A stretch of 63,005 nt of DNA, counting the filler, from Chrysochromulina tobinii (taxonomy: Eukaryota): NCBI GenBank assembly GCA_001275005.1. It is 3 parts of 3 records of this genome, joined end to end, with 100 filler letters (N's around TTAATTAATTAA, not from the genome) between each part and the next. Parts side by side here need not be neighbours in the genome. Positions count along the whole stretch, not along the records: positions 1 to 28,054 come from JWZX01001417.1; positions 28,155 to 59,129 come from JWZX01001418.1; 1 more part is not named here. The stretch is one strand, 5' to 3'. Numbering within the stretch: position 1 is the first letter of the stretch; each line of letters starts with the position of its first letter. Below the pieces are notes generated by a model, which was given only the letters and a program-made list of their open reading frames with translations, had not been told where the DNA came from and ran no database searches. Shown piece after piece: positions 23,395 through 34,435 of the stretch. The position numbers and the translations under genes were made by a program.

Positions 23395-24933
23395 TCAACC
23401 CTTTTTCCAGAGCCGCAGCGTCGGCTCGTCCGCCCACGTCGCCACGAGGTTGCGATGCGGATGGATTGCGAGCCCGATGACGTCCTTGTCGTGTGCGCGC
23501 AGCGCGTGTGCGAGCTTGGCCGAGGCAAGATCGAAGCTGTACAGGCGCGAGTCCTCGCCTACACAGTGCACCCAGCCACCCTGCGAGGAGATGGCGCACA
23601 TGACAAAGTCGCTCGCCTCGCGCTCTGTCCCGCTCAACGTATTCACCACCTCGCCGCCGAGGCTCATGATGTATAAGGTGGGCGAGCGGTTGCACACGAC
23701 GAGGTGGTCGGGGTTGGTGGGCAGGAAGGCGAGCGAGTTGATGCTGAGCTCGACGCCCGAGGCGGGCGTGGGCGGCCGGAAGCTCGTCAGACAATCGCAC
23801 GACTTGGCGTCCCAAACGCGCACCGAGCCGTCGCTCGATCCTGTGACGAGTCGTGCGCCGTCGGGAGCGTAGACGAGCGCGTTGATGTAGGAGGTGTGCC
23901 CTCGAAGCTCTTTGAGAGTCTTGCCCGACTTGAGCCCATGCACGCGCCCGACGGCGTCGAAAGAGCCCGACGCGAGCTGCGTGCCGTCCTTGGCGAAGGC
24001 TAGGCACGTGACGCCCTGCGCGTGCGCCTGTGGAAACCGTCGCACGCACTGGCCAGTGCGCACACGCCACACCTTGACGTGACCGTCCTGCGAGCCGCTC
24101 GCAAGGAGCTCCGAGTCGCGCGAGAAGGCGAGCGCGAGCACTGGCTCGTCGTGCATCATGTAGTCGTCCTTCTCCTGGTACGCGAGGTCGGTGCGGACCT
24201 TGCCTCGCTCGTAGTCCCACACCTCGAGGAAGCCGTCCATCGAGCCGGAGACGAAGAACTGGCCGTCGGGCGAGAAGGCGGCGCACTCGGCATGCGACTT
24301 CTTGCCAAACTTGATGACCGGCCCGGGCGCGTCCACATGGCTCTCCTGCTCGACTACCCGCTGCGCCGCGCCGCCGCGGAAGAGGTCAAACTTTTGGTCT
24401 GCCGGCAGAAGCCCGTAGTGCTGTTGCCACTTGAGCGCCTGGCCGAGCAGCGCGAGGAGTCGCGACGGCGGCACGACCTCCACCTCCGCGCGCAATGCCT
24501 CCGCGATCTGGCTGCGCCGCCGCTCTTTGCTGCTGCCTTCAGCGTATGCGTCGCGCGGGTCAAAGAATGGTCGGCCGGCAAGCGACTCGAGCTTCGCGTA
24601 CCGGTCGGGCTGCTTTTCCCGCAGCTTTGCCATCGCTGGTGTCGCACGCAGCACCTGCCGCGCAGTATCGAGCTCGCGCATCTCGATCATCTCAAGGACG
24701 AGCTGCTCGTACAGGTCGTCGAGAAGTGGCGCCGGAAGCTTGAGCGTCGCAGCTACCGACATCACCGCGTCCCACCTTCCGGCCTGCACGTCGGCCACGA
24801 AGGCGTCGACGTTGTCGACGGTGTTGAGCGTAATGTGCGTCTCCTCCTGCAGCACCTGCATCGAGCGCGTGAGCGAGTTCTCCTTGAGGAATTGCAGCAC
24901 GATCTTGACGACATCGGCGGCCTCGACTTGCAT
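23395..24933 (-). CDS. SMU1: WD40-repeat spliceosomal protein SMU1
   Basis: LisH/CTLH N-terminus (VEAADVVKIVLQFLKENSL), LYEQLVLEMIEMRELDTAR, VPPSRLLALLGQALKWQQHYGLLP, IKFGKKSHAECAAFSPDGQ and HPHRNLVATW. Confidence 0.95.
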   Translation of the reverse strand: MQVEAADVVKIVLQFLKENSLTRSMQVLQEETHITLNTVDNVDAFVADVQAGRWDAVMSVAATLKLPAPLLDDLYEQLVLEMIEMRELDTARQVLRATPAMAKLREKQPDRYAKLESLAGRPFFDPRDAYAEGSSKERRRSQIAEALRAEVEVVPPSRLLALLGQALKWQQHYGLLPADQKFDLFRGGAAQRVVEQESHVDAPGPVIKFGKKSHAECAAFSPDGQFFVSGSMDGFLEVWDYERGKVRTDLAYQEKDDYMMHDEPVLALAFSRDSELLASGSQDGHVKVWRVRTGQCVRRFPQAHAQGVTCLAFAKDGTQLASGSFDAVGRVHGLKSGKTLKELRGHTSYINALVYAPDGARLVTGSSDGSVRVWDAKSCDCLTSFRPPTPASGVELSINSLAFLPTNPDHLVVCNRSPTLYIMSLGGEVVNTLSGTEREASDFVMCAISSQGGWVHCVGEDSRLYSFDLASAKLAHALRAHDKDVIGLAIHPHRNLVATWADEPTLRLWKKG

Positions 24934-25198
24934 GGAAAAGAGCCCGGGACGAGGAAAACAAGGTGTGAACACGTTTTTTCACACCCACAGAACACAATGC
25001 AACCCACACCGCAAGTCCCTCCCGACCATTGCCCGCTGCCGTACCGCTCGAGGTCCTGTGTGATCGATCGACGCGCTCGCGATTGTCCCCCTGTGCATCC
25101 CAGCTCTACACCCTCACTTGGTTGTCTGCTGGTTGTCTGACGCTCACTGACACTGTTAACCCTTGGCTTGGCCGTTGGCCGTCCCCTTGCGCATTCTC

Positions 25199-28015
25199 TC
25201 ACTCGGTGTCGTCAGTGTGCATCGAGTAGCTCAGCCCTGGGGTAGTGCTCGAGTGCGCCTCTGTGCGAGAGAAGCACGAGGCCGAGCCCACCTGCGTCGT
25301 GTCGCACCCCGTGGACAGGAGGAGCGTGGGGGTGTCGACCTCCTCGGTATCCCCACCCAGGAGAGGCGCGCGCCGATACTCGTTGTACGGCGCGCACAGC
25401 TCCGCATAGACAAGGCTGATGGCGGCGAGGGCGGCTCCGATGGCGACGAGTGCGGCCGCGGCCCAAAGTGCAATCCGTAACGGCAGCGACCCGAGCGCAG
25501 CGCAGAGGGGCGGATGCAAGAGCACCGCGCCGAGCAGCCGCAGCGCGTCCACAGCCTCACGCCAGTCCGCCGTTTTGGCGTTCGGGTTGCGCATCGCGTC
25601 CATGCGGGAGAGCTTGGCGCGCATGGCGCCCGAGGCCGCGCTCAGCCCGATCCCGATCAGCACGGCTGCCACACCAATGCACACGTGCAGCTGCGCAGGC
25701 ACGAGGGGCGGCAGCACGCTGGACACCTCGAAGGCCAGCGGCAGCGCGCAAGCGCCGAGTGAGATGGCGAGCGCCGCGCCGATGCCACCGATCACGCTCG
25801 CAACCTTACCGGTACCGCTCACGCCCTCGATGCGCGCCACTGGGATGGGAGCCGTCTGGGCGAACTGCGTCGAGCCGTTCTCAAACGCTACGGGCGACCG
25901 AACAGCCGGATGGCACACGACGGGCCCGGCACCCGCGGCTGCGGCGGCGGCGGACGGAGCGGCGACGAGCTTGCCGGCAGCCACACATGTCATCTCGGGC
26001 TGCTGGATGTTGGCAACGGAGCCCCGGGAGAGCCCAGGAGCTGCCATATGAGGAGCTGCCATATCGAGCCGCTGCGGAGTCAGGCGGATCTCGCGGAGCG
26101 GCGCGCGCCCACCGTAGCGCTCCTGCGGCGGCGTCATCGGCATCGGTGCCACCGGAGCGGGCTGCAGGGGACGGAGCGGGCTGCCCCGGGCTGCAGGAGC
26201 GTGTCCATGGGCCCCGGGCTGCTGGTCGAGACGCATGGCCGCTCGTGCGACTTGGACCTCAGGCCGTCTCGGGAGCGGCGTCATGCAACCATCGGCGCCA
26301 GCGCTGTGGCCGGCACGCGAGCCCACGCGTAGTCCAGAGCCCTCGCGTGGCCCGCGGGGGCGCCGCGCAGCGACAGCGGCGCAATCCTCGGCGCAGTCCA
26401 CGGCGCAGTCCGCATCGGCCGGCTTGGCCGCCTCGCGCTCCAACCGAATCTGCTCCGCGCAGCAGTCGACGAGGCGTACTCCGATGCGTAACGCACTCAC
26501 AGCGAGTGTGGTACACAGCGCGGCCCACAGGGGCGGCGGCGCGGACGAGGGCATCGCGAGGCGCAGGCATACCATCGGGAGGACCACGGACACGAGGGCG
26601 TCCTCCACGACGCACGCGAGCGCGAGGAGGGTAGTGCGAGAGAGCCACCCCTTGAGACGCCATCCGCGCCGCAGGTTGGCGGCCAGGGCACGCGCGGGAT
26701 GAGTGTCGTAGATACGCGTGAGCTTCGTAGATGCCGCGTCGAGCCTGCCGGCCGCCAACTCGGCCACGCTCGCCTGGAGCGCCTCGTTGAGTGCGAGCTC
26801 GGACGTGGAGATCGGCAGCCGGCGCTCGGGCGTCAGATTCGGCGAGATACACACGCCGGGGGAGCCGGGCGAGAAGGAGACGACCTCCCGGAGATCTCCC
26901 CTGAGATCACCATCTCGCCGAGAGCCGACGTTGCCCCGCCGGCGGCGGTCCCGTGCCAAGGGCGAGCGCGCGCCCGCGGGCACCTCGGGCAGCGGCGGGA
27001 AACCGGGCAGGGTGGTGATGGCGCGTGCGGAGGAGCCGGCGGGCATGATGCACCGTGCCGGGCGCCCGCCAGCAGTCAGCACCACCGCCGCGGCGCACGC
27101 GAGCGTCGCAACTGTGGCAGCGACGGCGGCGGGCAGCACGAACGGCGAGGGCCGTGTGCACACGTCACCGCAGTGCATGCTCGCGACGAGCGCTGCGACA
27201 GCAAGAGCGGGAGCTAGAACGAGGGTTCCGAAGTCACCAGCCATCGTCAGCCGCCGTCGTAGCACCATCAGCAGCGCCGGGGGCACGGACACGGAGAACT
27301 CGCTGAGGAGCTGCTGCTCGAGGCGAAAGCCATCATGAGTACCCACGGCGGCAGGCACGGCCGCCGCCGCCGCGTCGACGAGTAACGCGACGAACGTCGC
27401 GGCTGCGAACAGAAGCCACGCCGTGTTCTCGGCCATCTCATGTTGCTCGTGGGTGAAGGGTTTGATGTGCGAGCGGAAGACGAGGTACAGCGCCGGAATG
27501 GTGGCGATGAGCAGCAGCACGCGAAGTAGGAGTGAAGCCCGCAGGTACAAGCGCACCGAACGGAACAGCGAAGGCGGTGGCAGCAGTGCGCCAACGCCGA
27601 GGCAAAGCCGAGCGATGGCGAACAACCGCCAATCTGGACCCATCAACGCGAAGAATGCGGGCGCTTTGATGCCCCACTCGCACCCAGCGGCGCACGCCGC
27701 AATGACGAGCGCAACGCAGTAGCAACCTGCCGAGCGCTGTGTCGCCGCCGGTGCGATGATCGGCGTCTCCGCATCCTCGTGCACGTCGCCTTGAAGATGC
27801 GCATTCCTGTACGGTGTGAAAAGCACAGAGGACCACGAGCCCTCGCGGCTGAGGACGCTGCGGTCGGATGGCGTCATGGGCGTGACATAGGAGCGTGCGC
27901 CGGGCGTCTGCGCCCACGCCGGCAACGCCGGGTGCGCAGCCATTGTGGTCGGTCGCACCGAAGTGCCCGAAACGCGGGAGAAAAACTGTTCGTCCGGCTG
28001 TACAGTCGATCGCAT
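25199..28015 (-). CDS. Multi-pass membrane protein of unknown function
   Basis: 938 aa ORF with about 10-12 hydrophobic segments in two clusters separated by low-complexity loops. Confidence 0.55.
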   Translation of the reverse strand: MRSTVQPDEQFFSRVSGTSVRPTTMAAHPALPAWAQTPGARSYVTPMTPSDRSVLSREGSWSSVLFTPYRNAHLQGDVHEDAETPIIAPAATQRSAGCYCVALVIAACAAGCEWGIKAPAFFALMGPDWRLFAIARLCLGVGALLPPPSLFRSVRLYLRASLLLRVLLLIATIPALYLVFRSHIKPFTHEQHEMAENTAWLLFAAATFVALLVDAAAAAVPAAVGTHDGFRLEQQLLSEFSVSVPPALLMVLRRRLTMAGDFGTLVLAPALAVAALVASMHCGDVCTRPSPFVLPAAVAATVATLACAAAVVLTAGGRPARCIMPAGSSARAITTLPGFPPLPEVPAGARSPLARDRRRRGNVGSRRDGDLRGDLREVVSFSPGSPGVCISPNLTPERRLPISTSELALNEALQASVAELAAGRLDAASTKLTRIYDTHPARALAANLRRGWRLKGWLSRTTLLALACVVEDALVSVVLPMVCLRLAMPSSAPPPLWAALCTTLAVSALRIGVRLVDCCAEQIRLEREAAKPADADCAVDCAEDCAAVAARRPRGPREGSGLRVGSRAGHSAGADGCMTPLPRRPEVQVARAAMRLDQQPGAHGHAPAARGSPLRPLQPAPVAPMPMTPPQERYGGRAPLREIRLTPQRLDMAAPHMAAPGLSRGSVANIQQPEMTCVAAGKLVAAPSAAAAAAGAGPVVCHPAVRSPVAFENGSTQFAQTAPIPVARIEGVSGTGKVASVIGGIGAALAISLGACALPLAFEVSSVLPPLVPAQLHVCIGVAAVLIGIGLSAASGAMRAKLSRMDAMRNPNAKTADWREAVDALRLLGAVLLHPPLCAALGSLPLRIALWAAAALVAIGAALAAISLVYAELCAPYNEYRRAPLLGGDTEEVDTPTLLLSTGCDTTQVGSASCFSRTEAHSSTTPGLSYSMHTDDTE

Positions 28016-28054
28016 TCATTCTGAGATGGGGGGGGGGGGGGGGGGGGGGGGGGC

Positions 28055-28154
28055 NNNNNNNNNNNNNNNNNNNNNNNNNNNNNNNNNNNNNNNNNNNNTT
28101 AATTAATTAANNNNNNNNNNNNNNNNNNNNNNNNNNNNNNNNNNNNNNNNNNNN
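28055..28154. other. Artificial contig spacer (N-run / TTAATTAATTAA / N-run)
   Basis: 100-nt spacer with a six-frame stop linker. Confidence 0.98.
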
Positions 28155-29122
28155 TGGGCTCGCGCGAAAAGATCGAAGGCGCCAAAGTCGACTCGCAGCC
28201 GCACAATATCCCCTTCGTCGCGCTCGGCACGGCGCTCCTTTGGTTCGGCTGGTTCGGCTTCAACGGCGGCTCGGCCCTCGCGTCGACAGGCAGCGCCGCC
28301 ATTGCCGCGGTCAACTCGGAGATCACCGCCTCGACTGCTCTCACCGTTTGGGTCGCGATCGAGTGGCTGCGTAACGGCAAGCCCTCGCTCGTCGGCCTGT
28401 GCATTGGCGCGGTCGCCGGCCTCGCCACGATCACGCCGTGTGCGGGCTTTGTGCGCCCGTGGGCAGCCTTTGTCATCGGCATCCTTGCCTCCGTCTTCTG
28501 TTACGGCTGTTGCATGCTCAAGAACCACGCAGGCTGGGACGACGCGCTCGACGTCTGGGGTGTGCATGGGATGGGCGGCGCGCTGGGTTCGGTGCTTACC
28601 GGCGTATTCGCCGACTCCACAATCAGCGGCAGCCCTGCGCGGAGTGGTCTGCTCTTCGGCAAACAGCTTGCCGCAACGTCACTCGCAGCATTGTACAGCT
28701 ACGTTGTCTCGATCGTCCTTCTCCGCCTGATTGGCTTGTTCCTGCGGCTCAAGCCCACCAAGGAAGAGATGGCTAACATCGACAAATCGTTCCATAACGA
28801 GCTTGCCTACACCGTGACCCCGGGCAACTCCTTTTACCAGGGTAACAACTTCTCCGGCACTAACACCGGGCAACTCTTTCACCTGGGCAACAACTTCTCC
28901 GGCGCCGTAATCCCGGGCAACTCCTTTTCCCAGGGCACCAACTTCTCCGCCGACTCCGACATGAGCTGGGTGGCAGACCCGGGCAAGAGATCTCCCGAGC
29001 CCACGACGATTGATTGGGTTGCAGACCCGGGCAAGAGATCTCCCGAGCCCACGACGCAGCCAAGTAAGGAGAAGGACAAGTCCGCCCGGCACGTACAGAT
29101 CGAAATCCACTCGGCGTCGTGA
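28155..29122 (+). CDS. AMT: Ammonium transporter (Amt family), 5'-truncated by the contig edge
   Basis: PHNIPFVALGTALLWFGWFGFNGGS, GAVAGLATITPCAGFV and DDALDVWGVHG. Confidence 0.95.
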
Positions 29123-29265
29123 GACGTGACGAGCAAAGTGACAAGCACCCGGCAGGAGTGGTGGCAAGGACGGAAGACTGTCGTGTATCTCTCTCCGCGA
29201 CAAAGACCGTTGAGTACTTGGGTAACCAGTGGCCGCGGGCGGGGTCGCGGGGACTGCTAAATCGG

Positions 29266-30651
29266 CTACACATTCGCGACCGTACGGTACATGTAAGATG
29301 TATGCGCATGGGTTGACGCTGTGTGACAGAGGCGGTCCGATATCCACCTCGCGCGTGCATGCGACGCGCTGGTTGGTGTCCATTGTCCGCGTTCATCGTG
29401 GGGGTCCCGGATATCGACCTCGCACTGTGAGGGAGTGGAAGACCCCATCAATGCACAATGGCCCATGACAATGGCCACGCATTGAATTAGAACTTTAGAC
29501 GCGCCACGCAACATATGATCAGATTGCGCATACTCCTCGTACTTCGCATCGAAGTCAGCGCGCTTCGGTAGCTTTTCAATTTTCAAGGAGCTCTTCGACT
29601 CGCGCAGCAGCCGCGCAGCATGCAGCGGGCCCCGGGCGTCTTGGCCCTGCACTGACATGATACGCTCACCGACAAACAGCTTGCCGACGGCCGGGCCAGT
29701 GGCGCCGAGCCGGCTGATGATGGCCGGCCGCTTCCGGCGCGCCGCCCTCCTGCGGATCGCGTCGGTAGAATGTCACGCCCAGCTTACTGTCCTTGGACTC
29801 CTTGTACAGGATGACCTCCTGGGCCTGCGGGCGGCGGCCCCAAGCGGCGGCCGCGCGCTCCGTCGACGCAAGCCAAGCCTCGAAGTACCTCCTTAGGAAA
29901 TGAGGCAATTAGAGCAGCAAATTGTTGCCGTCCACCCACGTTGCAAGCCGAGATCCCGCGGCGGCGTGCTGAGATGTCGCTGCTGTAGCAGCTGCTCCTG
30001 CTGAAGCTGCTCCTGCTCCTGCTCGTGCATCGAGAGGGAGAGGGCGAGCGCGAGCTGCAGCTCGGGATCATAGTCCGCGCGGCTCGAGTCTTGACTGTCT
30101 TCGAAGTTAGTCCAGATAAAACTGAACACGCGACTCGAAGCCATGCCGCTGGCAAGCTGCCGCATCAGAAGGTCCGGCCGTGCCATGTCGCTGCCCGTGA
30201 TGATGGCGAGCCAGACAGCCTCCTGCGGATACAGAAAAAATTGTCGGTAGAATGTCGTGCGCTGCTTTCTGCTGGACTCCTTGTACAGAATGACGCAACG
30301 ATGTTTCAGCTGCCAGTCCTTGCTGTTGATGACCCTTGGCACATCTCGCATGAACGTGGAGCAGAGCTGCCGCATGACGGCGAGCGATTCCACTTCGCAG
30401 TTGTGCAGCAGGCACCAGCGCAAATCAGGGCTCTGCACGAAGATGTCACCAAAGGCCAAGTGGTGCACCACCTCGGCGGAGCTCATGTGGGGCATCGAGA
30501 CATCTTGGTGGAGCTCATGTTGGGTTTTGAGATAAGTTCTACAGAGGTGACCGGGCTGTCTTCTTGGAGCACGCATTGAAGTCTTCATACGCGGGCTTCT
30601 CTCTGGCCAGGCTCGAGGCAAAGTGGTCGCATTTGGTTCGAGATTCGTCAA
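29266..30651 (-). CDS. UIM- and PDZ-containing protein, fragmented (probable intron at about 29892-29936 plus a frameshift at 29745-29747); possibly a pseudogene
   Basis: DPELQLALALSL is UIM-like. EVILYKESKDSKLGVTF / AIISRLGATGPAVGKLFVGERIMSVQGQ..AARLLRES forms a PDZ domain split over two frames. Confidence 0.5.
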
Positions 30652-30798
30652 AACTCTTCAACTTCTTCGCTGAAGGGTTGCGTTAAGGGGGTATAGGAGG
30701 TCACACATCGCCCTAAGCGGCGGCGGTTGCCGTTACCGTTTCACAACTTCATCCAAACCCCACGGGTTTTCGATGCGCATCGAGGGTCCTTCGTGGTC

Positions 30799-32110
30799 AT
30801 GCGCGTTGTCAGCTTTCACCACGACGGTGATTGGTCAACGCCATTGACGTTGACCGTGAGCATTACGCCGCACGCCCTCGTGCTGCTGCTGTTGGCAACC
30901 AGCGTCGCACTCAACTTGTGGCTACTTTGCAGACGACCTGTGTCGAGGCGACCTCCATCCAAGGCGCGGTTCCACGGCAGCAGCAACCAACGAATCACCA
31001 CCGCCTCCTCCTGTTCCATTACCGGCTCCCCGAAGATCTCTTCACTTATGGGCGCGGTCGAGCAGCTGCGGTGTCTCAAAGACGATCGTCGCTTTCTCGA
31101 GGCGGGCGTGCTGCTCGATGCACTGCGCGCTGAACTCTCGAAGCGAAGCGGCTCGGCCGTCTCGTTGTGGGACGCTTGGGACGCTCCGGGCGAGGCGCAG
31201 GCGGCGCTCAGTCGACTGCTCTCCGATGGGGGCGAGCTCGAAGCTCGCATCCATCAGTTCCGGCGGGCGCAGGCCGATCTCAGAAGCGAGGAGGGCGAGT
31301 GCGCGGAGAGCAGCGACTGGGAGGTGATTCGGGACGAGGCAGGCCTCTCCGTCCTGCTGCGTCGCCAGAGCGCCACCCACTCGCGCACTGCCGGCAAGGT
31401 CGTGGCGACGCTCGACGGCGTGCGCGCGGCCGACTGCATGCTCATGTGGCGAGAGGCGTCGCTGTACCCCAACTGGTTCCCCTTCGTCTCGGGCGGCAAG
31501 ATGCTGGGTGAGGTGGACCCGGGCGAGGTGTACCTGATGGCCGCTGATGGCCGCTGATGACCGCTGATTGCCCCCCTCATCAGGTGAGGTGGACCCTGGC
31601 GAGGTGTACCTTCAGCTCTTCATTGAGACGTCGTTTATCAACGTCGACATGCCTCTGCGGGGGGTGGCATGCGACGACATGGCGCGTGCCGGCGACGACG
31701 GACAGCGTTCGGGCTGCATGCTGCTCTCGTGCCGCCCGCCGCCCGACTGGCCTCACCCGCTGCCCACCGGCGTGTTACCGCCGACCAATACCAGCGAGTC
31801 TGGCGCCTTCAAGTTGCTAGGGTCATGGAGCTCCGCTACACACATCGACGTAATGATCCAACCTGTCGGTGAGGGCAGCGTGCGCATGGTCTTCCAAATG
31901 GCGGACGCCATCCCCGCCGCCACTCCATCATGGGTGCTCAAGCAGATCGTGGAGAATGCGCTCGGGTCCGTCTTTGGTCAAATGGAGAAGGTGGCCAGGC
32001 GCATGGCCGTCAACGACCCCGCGTGCGCACATACGGTGCATGTCAACTCCAAGGAAATGGTCACCACGAAGCGCTGGTATGAAAAGGCCATGCAGGATCC
32101 ACTACGCTAG
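30799..32110 (+). CDS. Membrane-anchored START-like lipid-binding domain protein, 1 intron (31508-31583)
   Basis: N-terminal TM segment, then WEVIRDEAGLSVLLR..REASLYPNWFPFV..TPSWVLKQIVENALGSVF. The intron restores the frame. Confidence 0.7.
31508..31583 (+). mobile_element. Repeat-built intron with flanking exon duplication (introner-like; cleanest example)
   Basis: 29-nt direct repeat (31507-31535 and 31583-31611, 1 mismatch) around a CTGAT-repeat insert ending CCCTCATCAG. Confidence 0.7.
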
Positions 32111-32272
32111 TCTCACAAAATTCCATATGTTTGCGATCACGCCCCCGAGTGTGTCTTGTGAGTGTGCCTCCAGCTAGGTCCTCTTTTTACATGACGGACA
32201 CGATCTCGCCCGGGAGAACGCGGTCTAAACTTTGTGAACGCGGCTTCGTATATGAAAACGCGGCCGAAGGCA

Positions 32273-33923
32273 ATGCATAAAGTGACGGCCGTCCTCCTTC
32301 TTCTGTCTGCCGATCCGAGTCGCTCGGCGTTTGGTCCAGCGTTGATCTCGTCGCGCATCCTCGCCAATGCACGACGGACGTCGCCGCCGAGCATGGCTGT
32401 GACGTCGCCTCGTCGCGTCGCCGTCGTGGGCGCCGGCATCGGCGGGCTGGCGCTCGCGCGGGCTCTGGGCGAGCTCGATACGGGCGTGGAGGAGATTGTG
32501 GTCTTCGACCGCCGTGCCGAGCTCAAGCCTGGGACTGGCGGCGGCATCCAGATCAACGGCGGTGCCGCCGTGCTGGCGAGGCTGGGGCTTGGCGAGCAGG
32601 TGAAGCGCGCAGCGCTGCCTGTGCGCAGGATCCTGAGCCGAAAGAGCGGCGGCTTCGAGCTGCTGGACATTGACGTCGCATCGCTGGTGAGTGCCGAGCC
32701 CGCCCTCGTCGCAGCCGACGGCACGCCGCAGGCCTTCTCCATCATGCGAGACGCGCTTCAGCGCATGCTTGTCGATGCGCTCCCGGAGTCGGCGTCGTTG
32801 CAGCTGGGACGCCGGCTGGAGTCGATGAGCGAGGATGCCTCGGGCGTCGAGCTGGTCTTCGAGGACGGCACGGCCGAGCGGTTCGACCTCGTCGTTGGGG
32901 CGGACGGCCTCTCGTCGCGTGTGCGGCAGCACGTCGAAGCAAGCCATGCGGATGCGGACGGTCGAGCGGGAGCGTCGCCACCGACATACAGCGGCATTCG
33001 CGTGCAGTTCGGTGTCGTGCCGGGCGGCGGCTCGCGGCCACGAGGCTCTGAAGGCGAGTTCCATCAGTGGTTTGGTGAGGGGGTGTACGCGCTCACCGGC
33101 TCCTATGGCACCGGCTCGGCCGACGGCACGACCTCTGACATGCTCGCCGTCGTGTTCGCAGGTGACGAAGCATGATGACGCGTGCTTGCACCCGATGGCC
33201 TCTGATTGCATCATCGGACCTGTGATTACCACCTGACCGTCCAACACGCTCGCCGTCGCGTTTGCAGACCCGGCCGCTGCTGCTGGCACTGGCCGCCCAG
33301 GCGGCGGGCGCGCCCCTGATGAGAACTCCAACTGGGATGTGAGCGACGTGCGGGAGGAGTGCTTGCGCCGGCTCGAGCGCGCGGGGCTGCCCGAGGAGGT
33401 GCGCTCCGTCGCGCGCCGTTGTGAGCGCTGCTTCGAGCTCGGCGTGTACGAGCACGACGCCACGGCGCCATGGGTCTCGCGCGGAGGGCGCGCAGTGCTC
33501 ATAGGGGACGCGGCCCACGCGATGGCACCGTTTTTGGGCCAGGGCGCCAACCAGGCGATCCAAGACGGGTACTGCCTCGCCGCGCGCCTCGCCGCCGCCC
33601 GCGGGAGGAGCGACCGAGGTTCGTCAGCTTCGTCAGCTTCGTCAGCTTCGTCGGCTTCGTCGGCTTCGTCGGGCTCGTCGGGTTCGTCAGGGATCGTCGA
33701 CTGGCTCGCGAGGTTCGTCAGCCCGCTCCAGAGCTACGCGCTGCTACGGCGCGCGCCCGTCGTGGCGCTCCAGATCGAGTCGAGATTGCTGGGGGCGATG
33801 GAGACGGCGGGCGGCGGCGCGGGCACGCTTCCACAGCTCGTGAGAGACGCCTTCTTCCTGATCAACGGCAAGCTGGGCGTCGCGGCGCAGGTGTTCGTCA
33901 AGGGCGCGCGCCCGTGGGTCTGA
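32273..33923 (+). CDS. FAD-dependent monooxygenase (zeaxanthin epoxidase/salicylate hydroxylase-like), probably plastid-targeted, 1 intron (33162-33267)
   Basis: VAVVGAGIGGL, DLVVGADGLSSRVR and LIGDAAHAMAPFLGQGANQAIQD. Signal-like N-terminus followed by SAF. Confidence 0.88.
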
Positions 33924-34435
33924 CCGCTCCGCGCAAGCACCCCGTGGATGCGTTCAGCTGGAACCTGGATGCTGGTCGGTGGTTGGTCGGCACGTTGATC
34001 GTAGTCGAGTATACTAGAGTACTCCTTCGTCCTTGTGCCGGCAGCGAGAGTAAGCGCGTGTGACATCGGTGGCTCAGGTGTGAGGCGCATGACGCATGTG
34101 TGAGTATATACGTTTACCGCGCCGCGACGGTCGGTGCGGACGGATAGAGGAGGTAAGAGGCCAGAGGAACGAGAATTTTTTTTACAGACTGCTTCGTGCG
34201 GGCTGTACCGGTATACCGTCGATTCCGCGATAGCGTCTATGGCGTCCGATCGGGTCGGGGTCGTGTCGACGAGCTCATCTAATGCCCTAAATCGACGCTC
34301 CTGTGTGCTGTGATGTGTGAACCGACAACCTTCCTCGCAACGCTTCCGACGTCGTGGTGACTGGACATTCCGTTCATGACAATCATAAGCATGGATAACG
34401 AGATACATTTGAGATCAGCTCAGCTGTACACAAGA

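Noticed and set aside
23395..24933. Functional link between SMU1 and the unusual introns
   Set aside because: SMU1 is a universal splicing factor, and most of the repeat-built introns lie on a different contig.
28021..28154. Biological meaning of the TTAATTAATTAA palindrome and gene linkage across the gaps (also 59130-59229)
   Set aside because: These are artificial contig linkers, so adjacency across them is not evidence of synteny.
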